The notes below the pieces were generated by a model. It had not been told where the DNA came from, searched no databases, and saw nothing but the letters and a program-made list of their open reading frames with translations. Both the position numbers and the translations under genes were made by a program. Below, in pieces: positions 36,591 through 48,949 of a stretch of DNA of 64,000 bases (the stretch's first letter is position 1; the number at the start of each line of letters is the position of its first letter). The DNA is taken from positions 404,356-468,355 of the forward strand of contig NIVC01000359.1 in the NCBI GenBank assembly GCA_002269645.1, read 5' to 3'. This stretch comes from Macrostomum lignano (Eukaryota).

Positions 36591-37696
36591 GACGGAGGAT
36601 CTGCAAAACTTTTCTGTAAAGGATCTCTCTTGCAAGTTGTAAAACTCATTCTACACCACACGGGGGCATACAGTTACGTAATCATTACTCTGAGCGATCC
36701 TGTCACCACAAAAGTAATGAGTAACGTCGTTTTTTTAGTTTTTTAAACCTAGCAGCAATGTTCGAATTGCAATGTTTGATTCAGAAAATTCCTTAATCCA
36801 GGAGAAGTTGCTTAGTGGCGCAAAATTTGGCTAATTTTGCATATGTTACTCAGTATACGTATATATTCTGTGGTTTCGAAGTTAAAAATGACTCAATCTG
36901 CAGACGAGCATTTTAAGTGTAATAAGTTGCTTTTACCTAATATAGTGCTTTCTGTATAATTAATTCTCTTGATACCGTTAGAACACTTGAGCGTTAGAAG
37001 AATTAAGCAGAAAATTATAGAATATGTTTCATACATCGTCATATTCATACAAAAATACAGAAAGGGCTTGTTTAACCGGAGTTGGAATGCTATAGGCAGG
37101 CATAATTCATCTGTTCCCAAAATAGAAATTTGGGTGTACTGCACAACTATCACATAGAAATTTAGAATACATGTACATTACGTGCATACAGCCTACCCAC
37201 TGTTTGTGTGTCCCGTGACTTGGTCATTACTAGAGAAAAAATGTCTCTCCTTCTCTCTAGTTCTCTCCGGAGACGTGTACTCTCGTCTCCATTCACGAAA
37301 TGGCAGACAAGATAGGAGAGAAGTAGAAGGAGAGAGAGGGCTCCACACAGCAGTGCGTCGACACAAACGTATACACCCACACAACTGTACACCCGCACTA
37401 CAGGTCTGCAAACCCAAATCTTTTATAGGCAGGCTTCACAGGAGTCTCAAGCTTAACTAAATTATCATTTTAGCAAGCTGTTGTTTTGTAATAGAATTAT
37501 TTATTAAACCCCAGCTATTTTGTCACTTTTAGCTCCTTTCAGCTCCTTACTTTACTTGCGGCAATGGCGTCGTGTAAGTAGCTCTTTTGTCTTCGTGAAT
37601 CATTCATGATTAGGACACAAAAATGACTATGAAAGTTCTCCAACACGTGTAATTTCAGCATCCAAAAAGAAACTGGAGTCGCAGGTGTCCCTGGAC

Positions 37697-38716
37697 ATGC
37701 GCGAGAATGACTCAAAACAACTACTGGCCTTTCTGAATTGCGCCAAGTGCCGCGACTTGGCATGCGACGCTGTTGAGACCCATTGCTGCAGAGTGCTGCT
37801 CTGTGCTAAATGCCTTGAACAGCGAGCTAGCCAGTGCCCGAAGTGCTCGGAACCATGCAGCGCCTCGCCGTGCCACCTGGCCAGACGCCTGATCGGCATG
37901 CAGCCATGGTGCTGCTCTGAATGCGGCAAGGAGACGAACCGGTCTGAGCAGACCGACCACCTGCTGATCTGTCCGCAGCGGGTCCGATCGTGTCCAGCCA
38001 GCGGATGCAGCTTCACCGGCCTCACTGACACGTTCATCGATCATCTTATCCAAGAGCACAAAGATGCCCTGATGAAAGAAGTCGACAAGCTGTTCCCACC
38101 AGTTAAGAGACAAAGGCGTTCTTCTGACTCAAGCGAGTCTAGCAACGACTCTGATAGCAGCAGGCGCCGTGCGATGGTCTTGCGCTACCAACGGTACAGA
38201 GAAAGAATGCACGATTCCGCTATTCGGGAGCGCTCGCGCGTCCGTTTAGCTGTCACTGGCAAAAACTACTGCACGGGACCGCTCAACGGACCGCCCTGCA
38301 ACTGTTGCGACGGCAGGTGCGGGCCAGACAACGGGTGCAACTGTGTAGACTGCATGCGTCTCGACCTTGCTAGCTTCAACATCAGCAGGCCGCTAGTGCT
38401 GATTAACCGAGAGGGCGCGGTGGCGCGAATCAGCTTACAGACCGGCAAGTTCTACTGCGGCCGAGCTGTGATGGGCAACGACCCAAGAACTGACGGATTC
38501 TGCGGGCCCAACGACGGCAACAACTGTCACGCCTGTTACAAGCTGGATCAGCAGCTGCGCAATCGCTACGCCGACATTGCCGCAGAGTGGGACCTGGACG
38601 GACTCGGTGTGAGAGACGTCATAGACATGACCGAAACAAACGAAAACGACGACGACGAGTACGATTTTGATGACGACGACGGCCTGGTCGCGATGGGTCT
38701 TGACGTCATCGATTGA
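37697..38716 (+). CDS. Intronless putative E3 ligase: RING-like finger, TRAF/SIAH-type zinc fingers, two Cys-rich repeats and acidic tail (339 aa from ATG 37697)
   Basis: CAKC..CDAVETHCCRVLLCAKC..CPKC; CSECGKETNRSEQTDHLLIC; CPASGCSFTG..FIDHLIQEH; GC-rich open frame in AT-rich flanks. Confidence 0.85.
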   Translation: MRENDSKQLLAFLNCAKCRDLACDAVETHCCRVLLCAKCLEQRASQCPKCSEPCSASPCHLARRLIGMQPWCCSECGKETNRSEQTDHLLICPQRVRSCPASGCSFTGLTDTFIDHLIQEHKDALMKEVDKLFPPVKRQRRSSDSSESSNDSDSSRRRAMVLRYQRYRERMHDSAIRERSRVRLAVTGKNYCTGPLNGPPCNCCDGRCGPDNGCNCVDCMRLDLASFNISRPLVLINREGAVARISLQTGKFYCGRAVMGNDPRTDGFCGPNDGNNCHACYKLDQQLRNRYADIAAEWDLDGLGVRDVIDMTETNENDDDEYDFDDDDGLVAMGLDVID

Positions 38717-39929
38717 GAAAGAGGAGTGAAGTTCTCCAACTTGTAGTACCTCTTTGAATTAATTTTTTAAAGAATGCCTGACGCGGTCGCTTCTAAAGAT
38801 TAAACAAATCTGGCTGGTTTTTTCAAGTTTTTAATTCACAAAACTTTTCCTAATTATGCTGGATCGGCATGCTAATGTAATACACTCAGAATGACGCGAT
38901 TGATGTACATATGAAGATCAAGTCTGGTGCGTCGTTGCCCACCCAATATTCGGATTCTTCCAGTTTGTTATTATAAACCAGAATAATATATATCTTATAT
39001 ACACTATCATGATGAAGAAAGATACCGCAAGATTCGCTGGTTTCGGGGTAAAAACGTAAATATTTTTTTCGGGATAAAAAGTATCGTTCATTGTTTCTTC
39101 TTTTCCCCCACCATTGTATGTTAAAACAACCGTGGTAACTTTTTATCTTCAATAAAATCTTCCAAAACGTCTAATTAAAGCTTTGCTGACCAACTTAAAT
39201 ATATTTTGACAGCAACATAAATTTTGTTTAAGCAAACGATGTAGCGTTGTTGCGAGCGGCGTTATTGGCAGTTAGATCGGGCGGTGAATGACCAGAGATA
39301 CTACTAAAAGTAGGACTTTCAGACACTAGCAATTTCTGAAATGCAAGGCCCAATGGGAGTTTCTGAGACGCCATGGGTTTCAATGGAAACGAATGGATCG
39401 TAGTTGCTGAGATGTCAACAATAGAAAATGGATATGAACTTAAGAGTCAAAATGGAGCCTGAAGCATTGGGTCCCGATTTCTCTAGCCAATCCCTTCATT
39501 TGGAGCCAAATAGCTCCCGTTATGCCGAAAACCCGACCACTTTAGCATTTGGGGATCTCTATGGGGATAAATGGGATAAATAGGGGTTTCATGTGAACTT
39601 AAGGCTTCAGAATGGAGCCTGAGGCGTTGGGTCCCGTTTCTCTACGCCAATCCCTTCATTTGGAGCTTCTCGTAATGCTTAAATGACGAGATGTCCATGA
39701 TGACCAGATGACCAGAGCGTTAGCATAGTACTCAGAACCATCAGTCCCAGGACGACCACACCACAGCCTGTGCTGAAGCGGCCCCTGAAGCGGCCCCTGC
39801 CGCGGGGCATCCGCACGCCGAACCCAGTGGCCCGCCGCCGGCAACGTCAGACGCCCCGACTATGGATCCTCCCGTCTCATCCCCGATCACTGCCTCGTCA
39901 TCTGCTGCACCTCTCATCGACGTCTTCCA

Positions 39930-41400
39930 CGACTGCGATGATGCAGCAGAATCAGTTGCTCATACAACAGCTCACCGCTAATACCCATCCTGCCCCGACA
40001 TCAGCATCGTCGTCCGCTGCGACTGAGCGCGATCCAGCCGCTCTCATCCGATCCAATGTCCTTCAGATGTCCGACATTCGACGGCACGTACCCTGCCGCA
40101 TTCTCCAGGTTTTGGGACGCTTTCCTCTACAGCGTCGACCAATCCAGTCTCAACAACGTCGACAAGTTCGAGGCACTCCGCGGTCTCCTATCCGGCCCCG
40201 CCCTCAGAAAGCTATGCGCCCTCGACACCTGCGAACCCAACGCCTACGCCGAGGCCTGCCGCGTCCTCCAGGCAAACTACGCCGACGCCCAGGAGCAGAA
40301 GAACACCTGCTTCCAATGCCTCCTCGCACTATTCTGCTGCTCCGCCTCCGATTTAGACGAGCTCGAGATCTCCGCCGCCAACAGCGCCCTACCCAGTGAT
40401 CGAAGCCAGTCCACCACTTCTCGCGCGGGCGCCAACCCATCGACTCGTCCCTCAGAATGCTTCGCTCACACCTCCAACCAGCAGCTGCATAAGCCCAGAC
40501 GCCCATCCTACTGTATATTGCGACAGCTCCGACCATGCCACCATGTCTGCTGCAACATTCGCAAGCCCGATGACCGGCTTAAAATAGTTCGGAACAAGAA
40601 CCTTTGCCGCAACTGCCTTCGCCGACACCACACCAGGGACTGCCGCGACAACCGGTGCTGTCTACGTGCGATGCCCCACACCAAGCTCACCTAAGAAAGG
40701 CCAAACGCCCACGTTAATTCAGGTGTTGACGCTGACTCCAAAGAGGCAGCCAACTCCCTAGTCTCTGCCGCAGCCTACGGAGACCTCGTGCCGATCATCA
40801 TGGCTGCCTTCCGGGCCGCTCGGTCGACTGCACAATTCTTCTCGACTCAGGCTGCTCATACTCGCAACTCGACGGCAGTCCAGGCGTCAGATTACTGCGG
40901 ATCTCGGCCGTCGCTGAACAATCACAGCCCTTACCTCCGACTAGCTAGCAGCCCCTATCCATATACCGGCCGTTAAGCTCCCTGAAGATGTCCTTAACAC
41001 CCTCGACAGTGTCAACAACGGCGTCTGCAACCTTCCACCCAACCACGATACAGACGGTACCCTCGACCGCATTCTCGGTGGCGACTTGAACCAGTTACTC
41101 ATCAGCCCTGTCGTTCCTGCCCTCGCTTTTTGACCGACTCTACCGGCCTGCCTGACGCCCTTCGGAGCCATCCTCAACGGTGCTGTCACTGACACGGGTA
41201 CCCGCAGCATCAATAGCTTCCTCGGATCCTCGCAGGCCTCTCAGGTCCTCGTCGCTAACACCTACCTCAAAATCAACAACGATAACCTTCGCTTCAAGCG
41301 GCTCCCCGATCGCATGACTGACCTCAAGTGCTCGGCATCGCGAAGGACGCTGGAAAAACATGGCCTCAAAGACGACGAGCTGACGACGCCTTCTCGCGTC
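39930..41400 (+). mobile_element. Degenerate BEL/Pao LTR-retrotransposon fragment (gag, zinc knuckles, protease; RT absent)
   Basis: PTFDGTYPAAFSRFWDAF...VDKFEALRGLLSG (Pao gag-like); CRNCLRRHHTRDC; ILLDSGCSYS at 40835-40864; TPFGAILNG-like block; frameshifts and stops. Confidence 0.85.
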
Positions 41401-43136
41401 CATTACCAGTGACTCCGATTGCCACCTCTCCGTCTACCTGCCATTCAAAGACGGCAATGCACTTCTTCCATCAAACTTCGGCCAGGCCTTTTGGCCTTTC
41501 CTCAGGCTACTCACCGACGTCGTATGAGCCTTCCCGAGCGCGACTAGAGGGTCCTGAAAAAAACACAATGAAAAAAATTAAACTCAAAATAACGCAGGCC
41601 AAGGTTTCAAAACACAGCAGTTTTTTTTAAATTGAATCATGAAATCAACATTTGTCTACGGTTAAAATGTACAATTTTAATATGGCCAAACGGGTATAAA
41701 TAGATTATAGTTCCGTTTATTTTAGTCTATAGTCTGAAGCATAAGCTTCAGTCAAGATCGAGTCCTCTCTTCTTTTGCTTCAGACCAAAGAAATAAATAA
41801 CCGGTAATAACCTATAATATATATTTACATATATACAGAATTCTGTATTTTCAGAATTCTGTATTTCCGAAGCCAGCACAAGCCAGCACGCACAGGTACG
41901 AATACAATTAGTAGTGCGACTGCCCCACAGACTCTGGCGGAATCCAACAACACCTTGTTTGGTAACTGCACACACGCTATGCTGCTGTTTTACAAGTGGC
42001 TCGCATAATAACGCATTTCTATATTCCATTGACAAGGCAGGAGTTTGAGTTTCTCCTATATTTACAGCTCTTGCATGCATGCATAGTTAGTTAGGCAACC
42101 GCCTGGTTCGGTCGGTCACGGCTCCCAGGAAATGCACATGTATATTAAAGCGCTCGTTCCGCTTCAGTAGAGCACGCTGCTGCAACCAATGTGCTACAGG
42201 TAGGTTCCCCCTTCCCTGGCTGCAATTTCACTTGCTTTCGAAAAAGAAATTTTCTGATTTGCTAAAGCCAAACTCATTTGCATGCACCTTTTTATTTGAA
42301 GGCCGCAACTCTACCAAAAGTCGGAACTGTTTCGCATTCCCGAGGTAGCGAAAGAATCCATAGCGACTTTGACTACTCCTTCGAAGACTTCACGACATTA
42401 GTCGCTTTAACGACTAATCCAGGTAAGATAGTGATCAATTCGATATTTTATTATAAAAATATAAAAAGCCTGGTAAATTTATTGACAGGTAGCGATTTAC
42501 CTGAATTGGTAAGAAGCATGCCAATTATTAGCCTAGCTAAAAGGAATCAATCAAGCAAATATTAAGGCTTTTAATTTTTCTGGGTCATCGAAATTTCTGA
42601 TTCGTCTTTAAAAAACAACAAAAATAATAATTGTTTCTTTTTTGCTAAAATAGAAGCTTTTGGGCTTTGAAAGCAATTTTTAACCAAATTTGCATCAATT
42701 AGTTATAAATTAATCTCCATACAGATGGTACATTAGCATAGATAGAACGCTTTTCTAGAGGTTTTAAAGATTCTGCTTCAGTTTACGTTGCTTAACCTTC
42801 AATTAAAAAAATTTTTAAAGTAGGTCACATTTTTGTTTAAATTAATTAAATTGCAGACAAAGAGAAGTAGACACCAAGGGTAACGGAGTTGGGTAAGCAT
42901 TTTTATTTCATATTGTGCGTTTCGGGCACTATTTCTATATGCATTTTGCGGACGTTTGTAACGCTAAACGAATTCATAGCCGGCTACAGGAACTTCATCA
43001 TCTTGAGCAGCTATTTCGTTATTCTTGTTGGCAAACTCAACGCAATACTCGTCTAGTAACTCTTCATTGGCGCTAGCATACTCAATGTCTGTCCCTGTCA
43101 CCACTGTTTAGAACAGGACAACCTTTCATATTTGCA

Positions 43137-44321
<1,185 letters not shown>

Positions 44322-44326
44322 CAAAG

Positions 44327-44983
44327 GCTGTTCGCGGTTTCTGCTCAATGACTTGGACGACAAGATCGACAACCAGTTTCTGGCTGATTTTCTTTCGGGA
44401 CTGCTGAAACCCGTTCGGGAGGAATTCAGGTCTGTGAAGAGGTGGAGCACAGAGAATCTTCTGTCAATTGGCATTAATACTGTCCAGGACCGACGACCCA
44501 GTCCTAGTGAGTATCTCAACATCACAAATTGCATAGCTGAGCAGACTGGGCGCCTTATAACGAGCCGACTGGAGCCACTGCCGTTTAGGATGAGAAATAT
44601 GAATTTTTCCTCGAGTATAACCCTTCGCAAAAATATTCTTGACGTCGTGAGCGCCATCCAAGCTGTCTCAGAGCTTGCCCAACAATTCATTCAAGAAAAG
44701 AGTCGGGCTGCAAAGAATCTGGAGCTACCGGATCCGCTCAACATGAACTTGACTCGTCAGCAGCTGTTCTTTGTGAACATCGTTCAGAGTCTGTACTCAG
44801 CTAGAAGAGTTCGTTCTATGCACTATTACCTGTAATACGAGCGTACGCAACGCGAAGCCTATGGCAAGCGAGAAAAGCATTCGTGCGATAAAGCAGATAA
44901 TCAACACGAACGACTTTGCGAAAGCTTTCAATTGTCCAGCTGGCGGGCCTATGAACCTGATTAGAAAATGCGTACCTTGGTAG
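44327..44983 (+). pseudogene. M13 (neprilysin/ECE)-like C-terminal segment, zinc ligands lost, one frameshift near 44792
   Basis: TLRKNILD for TLGENIAD; LPDPLNMNLTRQQLFFVNIVQSL; after the frame change, NTNDFAKAFNCPAGGPMNLIRKCVPW-stop, the typical M13 end; upstream exons not resolved. Confidence 0.7.
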
Positions 44984-45773
44984 GAAATTGCCAAAATGCT
45001 TGGAAGAAAAAAATGATCTCGGCTGACTGACTGTAATGAACGCGCAACCGAGAGATACGTGTATTATTCAAGAGTGCCAAAAAGCATATTATATAGAGGG
45101 GCGAGGGGGGCTGAGCAATCGATAGCAACGTACATGATTGGGGGACGGGGCGGCTGGGGCGCAGATGTGCGTACAATAAATTATAGTTACAAGTGCATCA
45201 CTGACACTGACCAGAGTAACGAAATCTATACAACCTTAGCAGAGACTTTTTTCCTTGAGTTTTTTCACACCTTAAAGGAAATAGATTTATGACAATTAGC
45301 TCGTAGCCCGCATTAGGCGAGAAACTTGTACTGCTTGAGTATGACGTGAGATAATTGACTAGGAAAAGTTTTTAGTGTCTGCATGTGTGACGAAATTGCA
45401 AATTGTACTCTAGCTTAAGCTTTAGGCAACTTACCACCGCTACGCTCGTACATGTAATATCTGTCAATTTCCAAAGATCAATTTCCAACTCACTTGTCCT
45501 ACTAGTGAATCAGAATTTACCGAGGCCCCCAAGGGGGGAAACGAATGTGCTAGTCCACGTATACTAAATGAGAATAGTAATAATGATGAAGTTCTTACAA
45601 CAACAATAAATAAAAGGTCAAAAAACAGGGTTGGGAGGTCCCTCAATAGTGGGAATGCTAAAACTTACCTTATTCGAAACTGCGATATTGTGAGATTGAA
45701 AAATATTGCCAGCTCCGTAATGCTATCTGTATCTGATGTGTTTCTGTTGTATTTTCGCCGCCTGACAGGCACC

Positions 45774-46247
45774 ATGCCTGGCGCCGGGGCGGGCAATGGC
45801 CACCTCGAAGGCTCAAGGAAAAGCAGCTCAGACCAGGACTTGTACGCATTTCTGGCTGACTGCGAGCTGGAGCACTACTACACAGCCATGGTGCACTCGC
45901 TGAAAGTTACCGGAGTAGCCCAGCTGAAGTACGTTGAAGACCCCGATCTGGCCAGCATCGGCCTGACCAATCCGGAGATGCGCCGGCTTCGGAAGCAGTT
46001 CCGGCTCCGGTGTCCACAATCTGCCGTGGACCGGCTTCGCCTGCGGCTGGCCAGGGCGCGCGGCCTCCAGCCCAGACAACGACCGTCGGCGACGCCCGAA
46101 GCCGAGTTCAGTCGAGTTAGTAGCCGAAACTCGCGTCTCATTCCGAGATATCAACTTCAGCTGGGCAGGCAGATTGGGGAGGGTGACTTCGCCATAGTAC
46201 ACCAGGCCGTTTGGCGGCCCACTGGCGATCGCGGCCTCAGGCTCCAG
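45774..46247 (+). CDS. Ack-like: Ack-like non-receptor tyrosine kinase, coding exon 1 (SAM-like domain and Gly loop)
   Basis: LYAFLADCELEHYY..LKVTGVAQLKYVEDPDLASIGLTNPEMRRL; IGEGDFAIVHQAVW; donor CAG|gtaagc. Confidence 0.9.
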
Positions 46248-46369
46248 GTAAGCCATGTAAAACGGGCTGCAAGTGGTTTTTAGGCATCGAAAAGTAATCT
46301 GAACAATTACAGACAACCAATTTAGTTTCGTAGTTTCACGTGATTCACTTAGTTAATAGGGTTTGTTGT

Positions 46370-48050
46370 TATAGCATCGTGGTCTGTTGATGTATGCCCG
46401 TGCAGCCAGTGGACCTCCCAGAAGCCGTTGCACAGCTTCGGTCACTTCCTGGCGTCTTTTGCTGGCAATCGAAAGTAGCGGCGTGCGTTGTCTAATCACC
46501 AGCTTCCAGCCGAGCTCTGACGACTGCTGAATTTTAATTTTAGCCTCCCCTGCTGCTTCTTCCATCCACTGTCGAGCCCGGCTGGGAGCGTTTCGCGCGC
46601 GCCACCGACTCCGATGTCCACGTGCTGGCGTCTCCTTGACCGAGTCGCCTGCGCCAGCCGTGTCATGCCTAACCACCAGACTTTCCTCTGAAGCCGGTCG
46701 ATGGACTTCCTTTGGCCGAATTGACCCTGGCGGACTCAACTGATGGTCTGCTGCCAAAGTGCTGCAGATACAACGATATTTCTGCAACAACGATCTTGCT
46801 GCCCCTGAGCAGCACGCCTTCAAGCATCCAGAGCTCTCCCTTGAGCGAGTGGAAGCTGCCGGGCTGGGCTGTAGCGCAGGAGCGTCAGTTGCTAGTCGCC
46901 AGTTTTGAGACTTGACTTTTAGTGCGGACTTGACAGTTTTGAGCTGCTCTAGCGTCCTGTCCTGGGCTGGTTGCTCATATTTTAGAGCATCGGTCGTCTC
47001 TCTGACCAGTGCCTGGGCCTGCGTCCCCAGACTTAGCAGCTGCAGCGTTGTTGATTGTTAAAGTCGCACAGCCGAGCACGCTAGTGCTCCTTTTTGGGAC
47101 GATGATAAAGCTGGCGCGCTGGACCATCGAGCCGACCGAACGAAACCTGCAGACTCCCAGAGTCGCAGAGGTTTTGCTGAACGAAATCAGAAGATCTTCT
47201 TTGTTGTCGGCTGCAGGCCTGGGGGTCCCAGGAATTTTCACCAGGCTGCCTCGGTGAAGATGTTACAGTCGGCGCTAGAGTCGCTTCCACCAGCACTGTG
47301 GCAAGAGCCGCTGCCGCGGCTTCGTCGGAGACCATCACTGTCAGACAGAAGGCGTCGTCCTCTGCAGCTGAACTTTAGCTGCTGGCCCATAGAGCTCGCA
47401 CATCCTCCGACTAGAAAAGGAAGGCATTGGCGGGCGATTTGGCTTGGCTTGCCGCATCGGTTTCAGATCTTGCCGAATTCGTCACAGCGAATGCACTTTG
47501 GCTGCGTGCGATCGGCTGTCTGTGTGGCTGATCTGTGCGGCTGCTCTGGCGGGCTGGACTCGCGCTTCCGCGCCTCCGCTGCCTCCGTGGTCTTGCCTGG
47601 CCCAGGTCTCAGCAGCCTCCTGCGGATCTGTTGGGAGCTACAGCCGGTAGTCAGCGATTAGTGACTTCCGAAGGCTTTCGAATTTATAGTAGACCGCGGT
47701 ATCGTTGAGTCGCCTCAGCCAGTCGTCCAAAGATTCTCTGGTCTGAATGCTGGATCTACAGCCGAAACTGATAGCGAGTGAAGGGCAGTTTGAGCTGGCT
47801 GATGGAGTGCTCATTGAGAGCATTTACGAGCTTGTCGGCGTCATCACCGGCGTCCAATTTCAATGGCCTGTAGGTCCTCGCCCGATGTTTAGAACAGGAG
47901 TTGGCGCCGTCGCTTCTGGTCAGAGATGTCAGCGGCTGCGGTGAACAGCTGGAACTGAGCCAGCCAATTGCTTCACTTTGTATGCGCCGCTTGGGGCTCT
48001 TCGCACGAGTCCAATGGGGGCGGGTAGAAGTTGGCCTCTCATGGCCGTAT
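46370..48050 (-). mobile_element. Internally deleted Gypsy/Ty3 remnant nested antisense in kinase intron 1
   Basis: gag-like NWLAQFQLF..ISDQKRRRQLL, TRYQFR, RESLDDWLRRL, KCIRC; integrase-linker-like GELWMLEGVLLRGSKIVV and RGKVWWLGM; GFWEV block; no RT motifs; many stops and frameshifts. Confidence 0.75.
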
Positions 48051-48281
48051 ATTCGAATACGTACGCAGGTACACACTCACACAGGGTAACGGCGGCTTCA
48101 ACCTTCTTGTTGTTTGACGTGTGTAGTTTGCAGATTGGTACTCACGAGAGTAGCATGAGTTGCACAAAAAAACCACAGCGCGAAGATCGAGCCTAGGAAC
48201 TTTGGCGCAAGGAGCCAGACGTGTCACTCCGGTGTCTCTATGCTTCTACTTTAAGTAATATATAGCAAAATTTCACCACAG

Positions 48282-48472
48282 GTGGCAGCAAAGGTCTTTG
48301 TCAAGGCCCGACTCGTTGAGATTAATGGTGACACTTTCGATGCTGTGACTAACTTTCTAAGCGAGGCTGCCAAGCTCTGCGACATCGAGCATCGAAGCTT
48401 GACGCGTATGTTTGGCGTGTGCGAGCTCAGCGATGATAGTCTGGCGCTGGTCACGGAACTTGCGCCCCTGAG
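48282..48472 (+). CDS. Ack-like: Ack-like kinase, coding exon 2 (VAAK lysine, alphaC Glu)
   Basis: Acceptor caccacag|GTG; NFLSEAAKLCDIEHRSLTRMFGV..LVTELAPL; donor AG|gtatca in phase 2. Confidence 0.92.
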
Positions 48473-48543
48473 GTATCAATCTATTGCTTAACTTATAAAT
48501 TAAATCGTCAAACGATTGATAATAATTGCCATTCAATAAAAAG

Positions 48544-48772
48544 GTCTCTACTCGAGTGCATCCGTGAGCCGGCCCTGCGACCCAGTTTTCATTCCGGCGT
48601 ACTGTGCGACGCTGCCCAGCATATTGCGGAGGGCATGTCCTATTTGGAGAACCGGCAGATTGTCCATCGGGACCTGACGGCGCGCAATATCCTGGTTTTC
48701 AGCTCGTGCCGCGTGAAGATTTGCGACACCGGGGTCAGCAGAGCGATGGGACTTGGACAAGAGTACTACCAG
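48544..48772 (+). CDS. Ack-like: Ack-like kinase, coding exon 3 (HRDLTARN, DTG)
   Basis: In-frame join RSLLECIR; GMSYLENRQIVHRDLTARNILV..VKICDTGVSRA; donor CAG|gtgggt. Confidence 0.93.
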
Positions 48773-48949
48773 GTGGGTTGTTTCAACTGTCTGACTAATT
48801 TGAGACTTTTTAGCCCTGGGGTTCTTTATGTTCTGTGAGACTGTTTTGTATCCTGTCAATTTGGTTTTTGGTCTGTCGGACTTGTTTTTAATCTGCCAGA
48901 CTGGTTTACTAAAACGATTCTCACTTGCAATTCCGATGCTGAACCGCAG

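Noticed and set aside
39451-39666. Two copies of about 56 bp (aatggagcctga...cttcatttggagc) as an LTR
   Set aside because: They are too close together, lack TG...CA ends and have no primer-binding site
42857-42892. Mini-exon linking the 42.3-42.5 kb exons to the M13 segment
   Set aside because: The phase-0 join hits TAA at 42881 and the peptide shows no clear M13 similarity
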